Positions 1 through 13,670 are shown, counted from the stretch's first letter. The stretch is DNA of 64,000 bases from Octopus sinensis (GCF_006345805.1 NC_043001.1:13392001-13456000), one strand, 5' to 3'. Made by a program: numbers and translations. Notes: a model not told the origin generated them from the sequence alone.

Positions 1-398
1 AGTCAAAAGAAATAGTAATATAAGGAATAATATCAAGAGAGAAATAAATTGGAAGTAAAAATTAAGATCAAAGGAAAGAAGACAGAGAAGAGCAATAGAT
101 GTTAGCATTACAAATGGTGGGACATTGAGGTATAGAAGACAAGCAAAATTTAGTAAATATCATCTAAAATAAATAATAATGAGATAAGTTAATATAGATA
201 CTGTTTAGGAATTAATGGTAAAAACAACAAAACATCCACAAAGTGTACTCATTTCAAAGGATAACATATCCCGCTATATAATTTGATACCAACATGTAAA
301 ATAATATATCATACGCTACAAGATGTTGGCTACGAAACGATCGCAATCTTATGGATATCAATTGGTCAAATATTACCACATATCTCTTGAGTTTCTCT

Positions 399-402
<4 letters not shown>

Positions 403-459
<57 letters not shown>

Positions 460-499
460 CTCTATCTCTGTATATATATATATATATATAATATATATG
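403..499. repeat. compound (TC)n/(TA)n microsatellite
   Basis: pure TC run 403-456, then TA run to ~499. Confidence 0.95.
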
Positions 500-675
500 A
501 GTCGCCATGATAGATCGTTAGCCACTACGCGCATTTTTTCCCGTATCCCTTTCTGCAGAAGAGCGTAGGCTCGAAACGTAAAAGACTTTTTCTATTCCTG
601 AGCGTTATACTAATACATCTATTTGTTTTGTTCACCACCTGTCTTCGTCTTTTGTTTTTTTTCGTAAACAACTCT

Positions 676-678
<3 letters not shown>
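500..678 (+). mobile_element. Penelope-like terminal-repeat fragment with degenerate minimal hammerhead motif
   Basis: cttt-CTGCAGA-a-GAGC-gtag-GCTC-GAAACGTA-aaag at 549-584; bounded by (TA)n on both sides (470-499, 679-732). Confidence 0.5.
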
Positions 679-736
<58 letters not shown>

Positions 737-1744
737 GCATTCTAAGATACCAAGATTTTCATATATTACTCATATTTCTTCCCATTTCTTTGTTTGAAAG
801 TTAATCTCATATTTATGAATTTCGAAAGTGGATTTCTCCTTATTTTAACCTTTGGCAGAAACATCTATCTCCCAGTGGGCCGTAATTACATTATGACCTA
901 TACGTATAAAGAAAATAATAGATTTATTCATTAGGGAAATAGAAACGACGGTTTAAATTTTATTTTCTAATAGCTTGGAAAATCTGACGAAGTAAAAGTC
1001 GGGAATAATTATCAGTGTGGCAAAAAAAAAATTACTCTTTCAATTTATATTCCCGCGATAGGGGAATATAAGTCTCTTTCCTCAGTAGAACTCCCAGCCT
1101 CTTAGTAACAATTAGATATTTTTGATGTAGTCCGAACAAGCTTCAATGTACATGCAAAGCTTTAAAAGAATAACAACACGCTAATATCTGCTCGTCTTTG
1201 CGGAACATCCAGTGTACATACTCAGAAAAGCTATCGTTTTGTTTTTTTTGTTAACGTGCATACTTACATATATACATTTTTATATCATTCTGCATAACTT
1301 CCAGCTTTCTTCTATTTTACTTCTTTAATACCACTGTACATTATCTTTATGTAAAGCTCAAAATATCACATATCTTTGCAGTAAGGTTATTCGGTATGAT
1401 CTAAATATCCCTATAACACATGCGATATATAGACATTTAAAAAGAATATCGAAATGGAAAAAAGTATTAGTTATCGTCTGAGAATTCTTATCTGTAGCTA
1501 ATTACCAATGATATTATGATGTCCTACTCACATTCATTTCGCTAATTTAACGGATTAAATTTTATCTTTACTTTTAACCAAAAACTTGTCTCACCCTGAT
1601 AATATCGTCTCTCATATCTACCACCAGTTCTATCTACATCTGTGAAGTAAAGCTTGCAACGAATCCATTGCCCTACTGTTACGGAGTGACCCATAATTAC
1701 AGTAACAACAAAGACATGATCAACAGATACTTGTCCCCGATATA

Positions 1745-2151
1745 CTCTTTACTCTTTACTCTTTTACTTGTTTCAGTCATTTGACTGCGGCCATGCTGGA
1801 GCACCGCCTTTAGTCGAGCAAATCGACCCCGGGGCTTATTCTTTATAAGCCCAGTACTTATTCCATCGGTCTCTTTTGCCGAACCGCTAAGTAACAGGGA
1901 CGTAAACACCCCATCATCGGTTGTCAAGCAATGCTAGGGGGACAAACACAGACACACAAACACACACATACATATACAAATATATACGTATATACGACAG
2001 GCTTCTTTCAGTTTCCGTCTACCAAATCCACTCACAAGGCTTTGGTCGGCCCGAGGCTATAATAGAAGACACTCGCCCAAGGTGCCACGCAGTGGGACTG
2101 AACCCGGAACCATGCGGTTGGTAAACAAGCTACTTACCACACACCCACTCC
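1745..2151 (-). mobile_element. SINE family A (tRNA-like head, CORE-like segment, internal TA/TG microsatellite, (GTAAAAGA)n-like tail)
   Basis: colinear with copies at 25954, 28120, 38873; box A/B-like head on - strand. Confidence 0.9.
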
Positions 2152-2161
2152 CATATGGGTA

Positions 2162-2278
2162 CAAAAGGATGAAAAGCAAAGTCGACCTTGGCGGAATTTG
2201 AACTCAGAACGTAACGGCAGACGATATACGGCTACGCATTTCGCCCGGCGTGCTAACGTTTCTGCCAGTTAGCCGTCT
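2162..2278 (-). mobile_element. SINE family B, 5' head fragment
   Basis: matches head of 21254-21485 and 40939-41164 (GAGTTCAAATTCC box B). Confidence 0.85.
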
Positions 2279-2690
2279 ACTCAGTAAAAGAATAGTGCTA
2301 AATCTCTCTGAAAGCGTGTCCTGCTTTTGTAACACAGTACATCTATTCTTTTTATAAATATTTTGGTTTCAGTTTTGCTATCACCAAAGAATTCAACAAT
2401 ATTTCTGACATATACGACTTCTTGTTTCTACTTTACCAAATTATACTTTGTTTTAATTATATAATTATTGTCACCATTGCATTTCTTTTTTACCTTCACA
2501 CACTAGTCTCATTTGAAACAACTGTCTGATTTATTATTCTATATAATGGTTTTTCATAGCACATGTCACTCTACCTGACGTATATTAGTGGTTTGTTGTC
2601 GATATCCACTGTGTATTGCAGGGAAAACTGTAAAGTACCTCATTTAGTGGAAGAAATTTTTATTAAACATTACGTGTGAAATCCTATATG

Positions 2691-3056
2691 TGGCACTCCG
2701 TCGGTTACGACGACGAGGGTTCGAGTTGATCCGATCAACGGAAAAGAGTGCTCGTGAAATGAATGTGCAAGTGGCTGAGCACTCCACAGACGCGTGTACT
2801 TGTAACGTAGTTCTCGGGGAGATTCAGCATTACACAGAGTGTGACAAGGCTGGCCCCTTTGAAATAGAGTTACAACAGAAACAGGAAGGAAGCGCGAGAG
2901 AAAGTTGTGATGAAAGAGTACAGCAGGGTTCACCACCACCCGCTGACGGGGATCGTGTAGCTTTAGGTGTTTCCGTTCAATAAACACTCACAACGCCGTC
3001 TGTAAATGGAAACCGCGAGTCCGCTGCCCTAACCACTGGGCCATTGCGCCTCCACT
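2691..3056 (-). mobile_element. SINE family C (head GGAGGCGCAATGGCCCAGTGGTTAGGG)
   Basis: colinear with 30022-30397; shares head with 24981. Confidence 0.85.
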
Positions 3057-4536
3057 GTCAATCTATGCATGACGTGTCAAGTAACCATGAAACGTATTTG
3101 AATATCTTGCTTTGTAAATATTCATCGGCTAGTTAAGATATGTGACGAAATATCAAGCTAGGTGAAGTTAGAAATCAAATCAGACTGAAGGATAAAATTT
3201 AGGAATGAAAGAGTTTTATGATCGAAAGGTTCCAATTTTCATTCGTTTCTGTTAGCGTTCGTCAGGGAACAAGGCGGTTTTAGTGCAGGTGATGTATTAC
3301 AGCATTTTACACAAGCATCATTGAGAAACATATTTAAAATTTAAAAATTAAAAGCTGAAATTAATAATATTAGCAGAATGCACGAACCTGCAATCACTGA
3401 TTTAACTCTTGTCAGATCATAAATAGAAAACAGTTGAAAACTTGATATCAATAAAACATAAAAACCAAAAATATCTAAAGCGTTACGTTGAAATAGTTGC
3501 GTGAAAAATTATCAATTTTAAACCTAAACAATTTAAGGTTAATGCAAATTAATTAGTAGAATATTAAATTACAAATCATGTGCTATTAATTACAAGATTA
3601 TTGATTTTCTTTTGTGACAATAGTACATATTTAATGCAAGAATTGTTCATACACTTTAATATTATCAATTTAGAGTTGAGTTCATTTAAACATTATATTG
3701 ATTTAGCTTCTGTGTTAAAATAAATTTGCTATGCTTCTATCTCAAAATTATTCATTCATCCTAAATTTGAACTGCATTTAATAACAAGAAGACAGAAACG
3801 AAGTGAAAACGACAGAGAGAGAAAATACTTGATCGATTTCGCAACTGGTTATAGAAGACCGATTTAAAATCTTGTTAATGTACACGGGGGAATAAACCGG
3901 GTGGGCCTCCACCCTTGCTACAACGGCTTGGCATCGCGTTAAAATCAATACTTCGAAGTAAAGACGAAAAGGCAACCAATCTTTGTAGAGTTTATATCTG
4001 TATCTTGTACTAGGCTTGTTTTCCGACATTATAAACATTTATTTTACGTTCCTGTTTTCCTTATACAAATATGACAGGAATAGTTTGTGCAAAGTTAGAC
4101 ATTAACATCTAATACAAAATTTGAGAAATGGAGAGAGAAATTTGTTTCAGAATGGATGATTCTTCTTGAATCAAGTTGCAAAAAAACCTGCCCACAATGA
4201 GACACTCTGAGACCGGTAGATAGAAAGAAATGATTATCAAAATGATGCCGGTAAGTCTGCTGCAAAGTATCCATAACACTTGTGGCATAAGTTTCCATGG
4301 GAAGCAAATCTCTGTTCCGTATCCTCTTGGATCGGAGTATACATAGGACACCTGAAGATATCGGGTGATCAAATTATTCATAGTACTATCTGGATTGAAA
4401 TATTTACAATAATGCTTACTGTCAAAATATGATGTTAAAATTGTAATAAATTATATTTTCGAATCCAGTTACTCAGAGGAAAGTATAAGTATGGAGACGA
4501 ATTCAAGATGTTTGTGAATCTCGAGATGAAATACCT

Positions 4537-4716
4537 ATTTCTTCACTACCCACAAGGGGCTAAACACAGAGAAGACAAACAAGGACAGACAAACGGATTG
4601 AGTCGATTACATCGCCCCAGTGCGTAACTGGTACGTAATTTATCGACCCCGAAAGGATGAAAGGCAAAGTCGACCTCGGCGGAATTTGAACTCAGAACGT
4701 AGCGGCAGAGGAAATG
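4537..4716 (-). mobile_element. SINE family B, 5'-truncated
   Basis: matches other B copies from ACCCACAAGGGGCTAAACAC to box B. Confidence 0.88.
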
Positions 4717-5147
4717 CCTATTTAAAATAAATGATGCAATGAGAAATCCCAGCGAGCAAATGGATGAGCTGTGTTTTATACGGGTGGGGGTACTTTTTTT
4801 CGGGTACTTGCAAACGCTTCAGATAACTCATGACATATAAGCATGTTTATCTGATATAAATATAATGACTGAATAGAAACAGTTTTTGTTGGAGACAAGC
4901 ACAGTTTGTGGTAGAAAAGTGAGTGAGAATAGATTTTTCCCTGTGATGGTCATGTTTATGATCCAAGGTGAAGTGCATATTCATTTACACTAATTTTGTC
5001 AAATAATGAAACCTCCAAACTACTTTTTACATTGAGGTTGAGTTTGTATGAATAGGGCTTAAAAACAAATGGCCCCCTCCCAAATAATTCTTCCAATTCA
5101 GAACTCCACAGATGTATTCCATAGTGTACTTAGAGAACTGTGGGGAT

Positions 5148-5295
5148 ATATGTGTGTGCTTGTGTGTGTGTGTCTGTACACGTGTGTCTGTGTGTCTGTG
5201 TGTGTCAGTGTGTGTGTATGTGAGTGTGTTTGCATGTATGTAACTGTATACGAATGCAAACATACATGCATGTGCACATATACAAACACATATAT
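5148..5295. repeat. imperfect (TG)n/(CA)n microsatellite
   Basis: direct reading. Confidence 0.85.
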
Positions 5296-5641
5296 GTACA
5301 TTTCACAACTGTCATTTGCAAATGAGTATGGCATGCCATGCTAAGTAATATGCATTCATTAATTGATTTTAATGCCTCTGTCGTTACCCAGCTGACACAG
5401 ACCCTGCCTCGACAAATAAAGTTGGTAATAAATTGAAGGTATACGTGAGCTACGCAAGCAACTAGCGTTTGCATATCCTAAGTTAAATGTTCTGGCTCGG
5501 CGCATTGCTCAAGGAATCCCACGCCAACATGACGGTAAGTTTAACACCTTAAAAACCAGCCTGCGTCAATTCATACACATTTACATACTCTTAAACTTAG
5601 TAGCACGGGCACAGACTAGCGTATAGCATAATACAGTATTA

Positions 5642-6041
5642 TCTATATTTATAAAAGTGAAGTTGTGTGAGTGTCTGTCTCCTACGATTTAGATTCCTAA
5701 CTACTCCCACATTTTGCGGTGCAGTTTCACCAAAACCAGGTATCTTATAGCCGTGATTCATATCGAGCCCTTCCGGGTATTAGCGTGCGTCTACGATGAG
5801 TCTACGATTTTTAAAAAAATTACCATCATTTTTTCCATTTTAATGCATTTTTTCGCTATTATATAAGGGAAGTAACTCTCTAAAAATGTCTACGATGAGT
5901 CAACGATTTAAAAAAAAATTACCATAATTTTTTATTCCATTTTTAATGCATTTTTTTGCTATTTTTTTGCTATAACTCTCTAAAAATGCTTATATAGTTA
6001 TTTCCCTTACAAACCCGAGCAACGCCGGGCGATACTGCTAG
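5642..6041 (+). mobile_element. non-autonomous Helitron (400 bp)
   Basis: A|TCTATATTTATAAAA 5' end; 3' GC hairpin CCCGAGCAACGCCGGG (6014-6029) then CTAG|T (6038-6041); no TSD. Confidence 0.8.
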
Positions 6042-6103
6042 TAGAATATAAGAATATCTCTCGTGTTGCTTTGCTCACATAATTAGTCGAACGTTTCCAG
6101 CAA

Positions 6104-6144
6104 ATGTGTGTGTGTGTATGTATGTGTGTGTGTGTGTGTGTATG

Positions 6145-6185
<41 letters not shown>

Positions 6186-6203
6186 ATGTGTGTGTGTGTG
6201 TCT
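6104..6203. repeat. (TG)n microsatellite
   Basis: direct reading. Confidence 0.95.
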
Positions 6204-9200
6204 GTCTTGCGTGCGTTCTTAAATCTATAAACCATTCAATTTTAAGATCCATTGTATTTCCGGACAAAATACTATTTTTCGTGTTAGAATACATTTCGTG
6301 TTTGTAAATTTAGAAAAAAAAAACATACCAATACGTCATTTGAATGCGGGTTTCATTCGAATTGTGATGGGAAATTTTAAACAGAACCAAAATTAATGGT
6401 TTCCATAGGTTCAATTCTAAAATTCGGGACATATCTATCATCATCAGATATTCTTAGCGAAATATCAGCCCTTCACAGAAATAACAGATTTCTTCTTTTC
6501 TGTCGAATTAACGATTGGACCTAAAACTGAATTTAATTCTAAAAGAAAATTCTTTTGGTAATCTTTATCAGCAGAAAACGTCACTGAGGTAACAATAGGT
6601 GATTTGGATACACTCCAATTATAAATCACGTGATAATTACTACTTTTGCAGTGACTTTTATAAAATGGCACTAAATCATGGTTAAACACAATGAAACTGA
6701 AACGTGAAACGTTAACGTACTATATTCATATCTGCGATGGAATACAAAGAAGAATATGATTCAGGGAATTTAAAAAAACAAACAATATAAATGAAGCCAT
6801 ATAAAATAGTTTATGAAATGGAGATCTTTAAATGAATGAGTCTCGAAAAAAAATAATTACGATTCCAACGTGTCTGTCATAGAATTCGCTCCTTATCCAT
6901 ATTAGCAGCTTTGATGAAGCTAGGATTGGAAATTGTAATTTCATAGTCAATCTGTCGGCTGCATGATTCAAACTTTTTGATTCTGACGCAGGAAAAAAAG
7001 ACAATGCGTACGTCGTTATTCAAATAAATGATGCAAAATAACCTAGTCTGCGAGGAAGTTTTTGCCACCCCTAACCTTTGAAAGCTCAACAGATACTTTC
7101 GATAATTATAGTGCTGGTAAAATCACAACTGGAGCCAATTAACTGAGGGCCATATTATAATTTTTATGCGTGGGCATATCTATGTATGAAATTAAATTCA
7201 TGTGGATTTTGTTCATGCTTTTAAGTAGAAATTTTCTGTTTTAGATTAATATGAAATTTCATTGATTTACTACTTGAAGGCAACATGCTTATTTCATTGA
7301 TTTTCATTTTCCTCAACAGACAGAAACGGAATGAAATTGATTGGAACCAGTGTGTTGTAGAATGGAGTCGTCGTTTTTCGATTCGTAACACATTTTTTCT
7401 TACAACTAGTAATGATAGGAGGAACAGATGACTTTTGAAGTAATGCTTGCTTCACGTTCGAGTAGCAATATAAAATGGTAAGGTTTTCTAAACCTAAATT
7501 CATAACACTTAATACCCTTTGAATCATGATCAAAACGTAATGCAAAATGTGTTTTAATTAAATTGCTTTAGTCGTCTCAAGTGAAAGATATATTAGCATT
7601 TCAGTATTAAAAAAAAACACTTTTCTACTTATAAAAGCATTTATATTATAACCAATGAATACGTTTTGGTGTAAATATTCTGTTCAATTACTGACTCTAA
7701 TATATTATCAATGTTTCAATGTGAAGTGTTTAATGCGATATTCTTTCAAACACAGAAATTCCTATTCGGTTGAAAGCATTAGTAATTAGGTTATGTTTTT
7801 GAATTATCTGATTAGTTTTTTAAAATGGGGCAATTCATGCAAAGTTCATAAAGTAACATGTTTGGAAAATAAAAAGCAATCTTAACAGTTTGTTATGTAA
7901 ATATCCAGATTTCCATGAGGTCGTCCGTAGTGTGCTTCCCATAAATACTGAATTAATAAATACTTTTTAAAATGCTGTGTTGCAGAGGTAATTGTGATAT
8001 TTTTCCGAATAAACAACACGCTTAGTATCATACACCGGTCGCAGGAAACCAACGTTTTATATCAATGTTACTTGTTATTATTTTGGATATAAGAAACAAG
8101 ATCTACCCATGCAATGGACTTGGTCTTATAGACCAGTCGAAGACATGTAGTCACTTTGATATTTCAACATTGCTACTTAACAGAAGGACACTTTGTAAAA
8201 GAGACTATATAGATGATGATGAGAAAACAAGCAAACGCTTTTGGAGTTTACAGTGTTGTTTGGAGGCGTTCTGAGATCGTAACTACGTCAGGCAGAGCAG
8301 GACATAGGTAAAATGAACCACAGACGGGTGTTTGTAAGTAACTGATTACATTCCATCCATTTGGGTGGAATTTTGTGATTCAAAGATTCATCTATATGTT
8401 GAAAATATGTGCGCAAATATATAATACAACCCGTATTATATATGGATATTTATAAATCAGAATATTCAAGTAAAGACCTTGAGCAAGAAAGGCAATACAT
8501 GAATCTATATTCGGTCCGACATGACTGCCGAATATATGAAATCGGAGCGCAGCAGTAAATGTTTTGTAGGGCAGTTACATTTCTTTTTCTCCGAGAATTC
8601 GAAGCAAATGCTAATAGCTAAGTGCATAGAAGGTGAAATCCAGATAGTGATGGACATGTCATCATCATCATTGTTCGACCGTGGTCGAGACTTTCATAGT
8701 CTTTTCAAATGGCTAATAATGTGTGTGCGCGCCACTACTACACACATTGGAAAGTATTGTACAACCAAGTACTAAAGAAGATCTTTCCTCCTCCATGAAA
8801 CAAAGCTGTTCTCGCTGGACGTCAACCCAGTATTTTTAAGCTACGGACCCAGTGATTTATTGTAAAGTTATCTCCCTAGATAGATTGCCTTCACTACGGC
8901 TAAGGAGCCCTTTCTACCCCATGTGGTAATCGGTTATTATCATCATACCCTCAACTTCAGGGGAGAAATATATGAGAAAGCAACAGTCATATTCAACCAC
9001 CAAAAGGTTTTGCAATGCGGTATGTGAACAGATCTTGTGTCATAAAGACCAAATTATTCACAAACTAGAAATTTCAAAATGCATTCCTTATTACGTATAG
9101 TACTCTTTTGCGATTCATGAGTTCGGATATCCATAATTGCCTTAGATGTAATCTTAAGTCAGAAAATAATACGTGTCAAATTATGTCGTTTTTTAAATGG

Positions 9201-9290
9201 ATTATTCTTGTGTTAACTACCTTGCTATAATGCTACAGAATATATACAGGCATAAATATACATATATACATATTGACATATATAGATGAA

Positions 9291-9293
<3 letters not shown>

Positions 9294-9357
<64 letters not shown>

Positions 9358-9372
9358 ATATACATATATATA
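9294..9372. repeat. (TA)n microsatellite
   Basis: direct reading. Confidence 0.95.
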
Positions 9373-12067
9373 AACTTACATACAAAAATACATACCTATT
9401 TCTAATGTAATATATGGATTCACAGAATCAAGTGACTGCTATGGAGAGCTCTTCCAACAGACCCGGCTAGCGCAACGCATAGTCATCGAGTACATAGGAG
9501 TATAATGCTGAGTTCTCTGTAGATGAACTCTAGGAGATCCCATCAATAAAATTGTTTCGTGCGACATATATAGACCGAAAATCATCTGGATGTTTCTAGC
9601 GAATTGTCATAGTTATGTTTACGGCCGTTTCGTTACCGTCATTGCATAATAATAATTTCAGTAAATAATAAATTATTTTACATCCATAAATGTGTGTGGT
9701 TCGCATTGAACAATACAAGTGCATATTTAGAAATCAGTGCAGATAAAGAAAACTAGTTCATCAAATCACTAGGCCCCACCATTGCTTCAAATCTGCTTTC
9801 TTTGCATTCTTTTGTAAATATACCGTTGCACTAATAATAAGTTGAATGTATACAAGTGCAGACACACACTGAAATTATCATAACGTGATGGCGACTGCGA
9901 TACGGCCGTAATCCTTAGGATGGCAAGTGGTTCAATGAATGCATTCAGTTCTCATACCACCTGGATTTTTATTGTTTCCATACCTGCATACATACCAGTA
10001 ATACCTGAAGTACTTGGTTTTGATGTAAATGCCTGTCAGTCTGGGAAGCTTAGAAAAAGAAATCAACCAGAAAAAGAACTCAACCCAATTAATTCGCACG
10101 TTACCGTGTGTCTGGTAAGCAAGTTACTTACCACATAGGCATTCCTACGCTAGCATGATAGCAATGTGTGTATCAAATGAAATTAAAATCCCGGTTCAGT
10201 GAGAGATCGATCAACTTAGTAGAGTTTCAACGTTTTTGGTAACAATTAATTCGCACGTTACACGTACAATCTCCACGAGGAAGAGTAAAACGATGTGAAA
10301 TTTTTCACAGGTTTAAAATGTGATATTGTTTTCCTTACCTACATTCCAACGACGAGTTTCGTATCTTTGTTAGAAACCATCTCGATCTTCAGAGATAGAA
10401 TTTAAATGATTAAAAGCAGATGAGACATACATATACACATACGTACGTGCACACACCACACATATGTAAATATGTATGTATGTATGTATATATGTACGTA
10501 TGTATTCATGTATGAATTATACATGTCATACAATGAATTTTTACCAATACAAAGGAAATCAACTTAGCCTTTTCTTTTGCAACAATTTCTTGGACAGAGA
10601 GTAAACATGAAAATCACATTACGGAACGACATATTAGTTATAAAGTTGGCATTATAAATGCTTTAGCAAACCAGACAATTGAATTTTCATATATGGAAGC
10701 TTCCTTGAGAACTGGGTTAATTGTTAGAAGTATGGTTGTGTTATGTGTTTTGTTACGATATTACAATTTACTATAGAATACATTTCTGCTTTTAACACAC
10801 ACAGAGCATAAAACATATATATATCACACCATTGTATTTAAAATTTCCAATGCGACCGGAATATTAAAATTGAAACTAATATGATTGATCCCGCGAGGAA
10901 TACTATATAAAAGACATTGTTTAAAGGCAAATTATTTTCGTCAATTTTTGTTAAAAATATAAACTAAAAATTCTAAACTAAATTTATCATCTACATAACA
11001 CAAAAAATGAATATATCTATAAAAGACTGAACATGGTGTTTTCCTTTAAGCATATTGCTTCAGCTACTTTAAGGAAGTCCTTATAAATAGTGATTCTATA
11101 AGGAGAAACCAGAATTGGTTCAACGAGGCAATCGCAGATATTCTTTCCTTGAAGAGAGCTTCTGAAAAACTGATTATTACGCTCACGGCTTGAAAGAAAA
11201 TATCTATATTATGTTTTCGATAACATATGCTTGGGTGATATTTGTTACAGTTTTAAATTTACTTTTTACGAGCTAATAAACAAGTTAATTTTTTAGGGCA
11301 CTTTACTATAAATCTTAAAATATCCATAATTAAAGTTAATGAACTAGCCAAATTAAGTCGACATAGAGTTTAGATTTAATCTGAAGTTTATATGCAAATT
11401 TTTTCGTATGTGCGAATGCACGCATAGATGCATCCTCTACATGTAAAGCTCCGTTTCATAGACAAGAATACAGAGCAAAACAGGTTAGATCACCATATCA
11501 AATCTCCGATTTCTTTTTCCTAAGAAATAGAACAAACGAAAACGGAAACTATTGACTTATTCTTATAACTGACATTCTTTTATCTTTTCAAAATTATTCA
11601 AAGATTTAGAAGAAAACTACAGAACAAAATACCAAGGGTAACAGCAGACAAGTTAAAATCAAAGCCACTGGAATCTTTCGACATTTCGCCTGCTCACAGC
11701 ACTTTTGTGAGTTTCACCTAACTTCCATGCTTGTTGTCAGACTTTTATCTGGCCATTGTTATATACATTCTGAATAATATAAAGTTTTGCTTTTATTAGT
11801 TCAAAGTTATTCTGAAGAGCTGAAAAAGTATGAGAGTATGTCATATATGATGTGTGAGAAATATTTCCTGTGAATCATATGTGATAAAACTTAACCAACA
11901 TTATCTCTTTCTACCGTAGTGATCATGAACATTAAAATGGATGCTTCAGTAGAAGGAAAGTATCATCTATTGCTGTTAATTATCCGACAGTCACTACATG
12001 TTTCATAGACAGATTGGCAACGCCTTCTGGACTTCCCCCTGATATTTAGAAACTAGATGTTCAAGAT

Positions 12068-12452
12068 GAGCGTCGAGCTGGCAGAAACTTTAGCACGCCG
12101 AGCTAAATGCTTAGCGGTATTTCGTCTGTCTTAACGTTCTGAGTACAAATTCCGCCGAGGTCGACTTTATCTTTCATCTTGTCGGGGTCGATAAATTAAG
12201 TACCAGTTACGCACTGGTGTCCTTGTTTGTCCTCTCTGTGTTTAGCCCCTTGGGGGTAGTATAGAGACAGGTATTTCTTCTGCCGTTACGTTCTGAGTTC
12301 AAATTGCGCCGAGGTCGATATGCTTTTCATCTTTCGGGGTCGATAATTTAAGTACCTGTTGCGGACTGGAGTCGATATAATCGACTTAATCTGTGTCTCT
12401 GTCTTTGTTTGTCCCCTCTATGTTCAGCCCCTTGTGAGCAATAAAGAAATAA
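12068..12452 (+). mobile_element. SINE family B, tandem full copy plus 5'-truncated copy
   Basis: head at 12068; second box B region restarts at ~12270 (GTATTTC..TGCCGTTACGTTCTGAGTTC). Confidence 0.88.
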
Positions 12453-12834
12453 GATGTTTAACATGAGCAGAATGAAAGCTAGGTGTAAAAGTTTTCTAAC
12501 CAAATTGAACTAGCTCTCGAAATTATAACATTCAATCTAATGTTATAATTATCATTCTGATATGATGTGAACTGTTATACTACACAGCAGCATGTGTTGA
12601 TAGATATAAATTTCACTATAAAACCAATGAATTCGCGACAAGCTATCAATCACACAGAAATCATTTCTTCTCTATGCAGAGGTGTTACTATCATTAAAAG
12701 GGAAGCGGAGTAATTTGTGCAATGTTTCAATATGCTGAAAGTTTAGCAGTTTAATATAACACCCAACTGTAGAAACATGAACGATAATCTATAACATATA
12801 AATCGAGAGCTGAAGCACTACTTTGTGTATACAT

Positions 12835-13160
12835 GATGTTTTGCAAACAACTTTCACATTCAAGTGCTACCAGTCAAAATCTCCGCATACCGGAAGCCAG
12901 GAAGTGTATGGGATCATCAGGAGAGAATGCGCGCCGTTTCGGGGCCTACCTCTCGACGGCATCAATGCGCACCGCTTCCCCTCACTGATATGAGGCTCCG
13001 CTTGCTAGATCAGCTGTTTATCAAATAAAGCTCAATATTCTTCTAGCCGTCGCTCGTCGTCTCTTTTTAACAAAATCCTGTGGCTAGCCTTCTCCACTGT
13101 AGTTTGAATATCGGTCATGATGATATTGAATTTACGGTGAGTTAGGACTAGCGATAACAA
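12835..13160 (-). mobile_element. 3' end (ORF C-terminus plus 3' UTR) of HERO-like RLE LINE
   Basis: colinear with 36479-36805 and ends at the same point (GATGT(T/C)TTGCAAACAAC on +). Confidence 0.8.
12882..12999 (-). ncRNA. putative non-circularly permuted hammerhead ribozyme in LINE 3' UTR
   Basis: - strand UGCCGUC GAGAGG uAGGCCCC GAAACGGCG cgcau UCUCUC CUGAUGA UCCCAUAC..GUAUGCGGA; stems I and III both pair (6 bp each). Confidence 0.55.
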
Positions 13161-13670
13161 AAATTATGCGAAACATTATTGGGGAGCATTATTGGGGTCA
13201 TTGGCCTAAGATAACTACAATTTTATCTTCTCTCTTTGAGTCTTCTGTTTCTTTCCACTGTTTGAAAAGAGATACCTTTTCCGAAGTAGCATAACGTCAT
13301 TAAACAACCTATATAACTAAATATTGAAACATATACATTAGCTACTACCACATAATATAGACTTCAATAAAACTTAATTCTAAAATATCACTAGTATATT
13401 TATAATAAAATTCTCATTTTTACAAACATATTTACTAGAGTAATGCTACATGATATCATAATCTTATAATCAGCATATAATATATTATATTACAGCAATC
13501 TCTTTGAAAGACAAACGCGTATGTATGTGGTGTGATGGCGTGACATAAATCTGAAAAAAGTTTTCTTCTTGAACAATTACATCAAAGCTTCATCATGTTT
13601 ATATTAATTTTACTAGCAATAATTATAATATGCTGTATAATACACAATATGAAAATACCACGAAAGGCAT

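Noticed and set aside
3229-3270. CUGACGA...GAAA on - strand
   Set aside because: No usable stem II or NUH triplet
10351-10392. CUGAAGA...CGAAACUCGUC on - strand
   Set aside because: Stem I and the closing pair of stem II do not form
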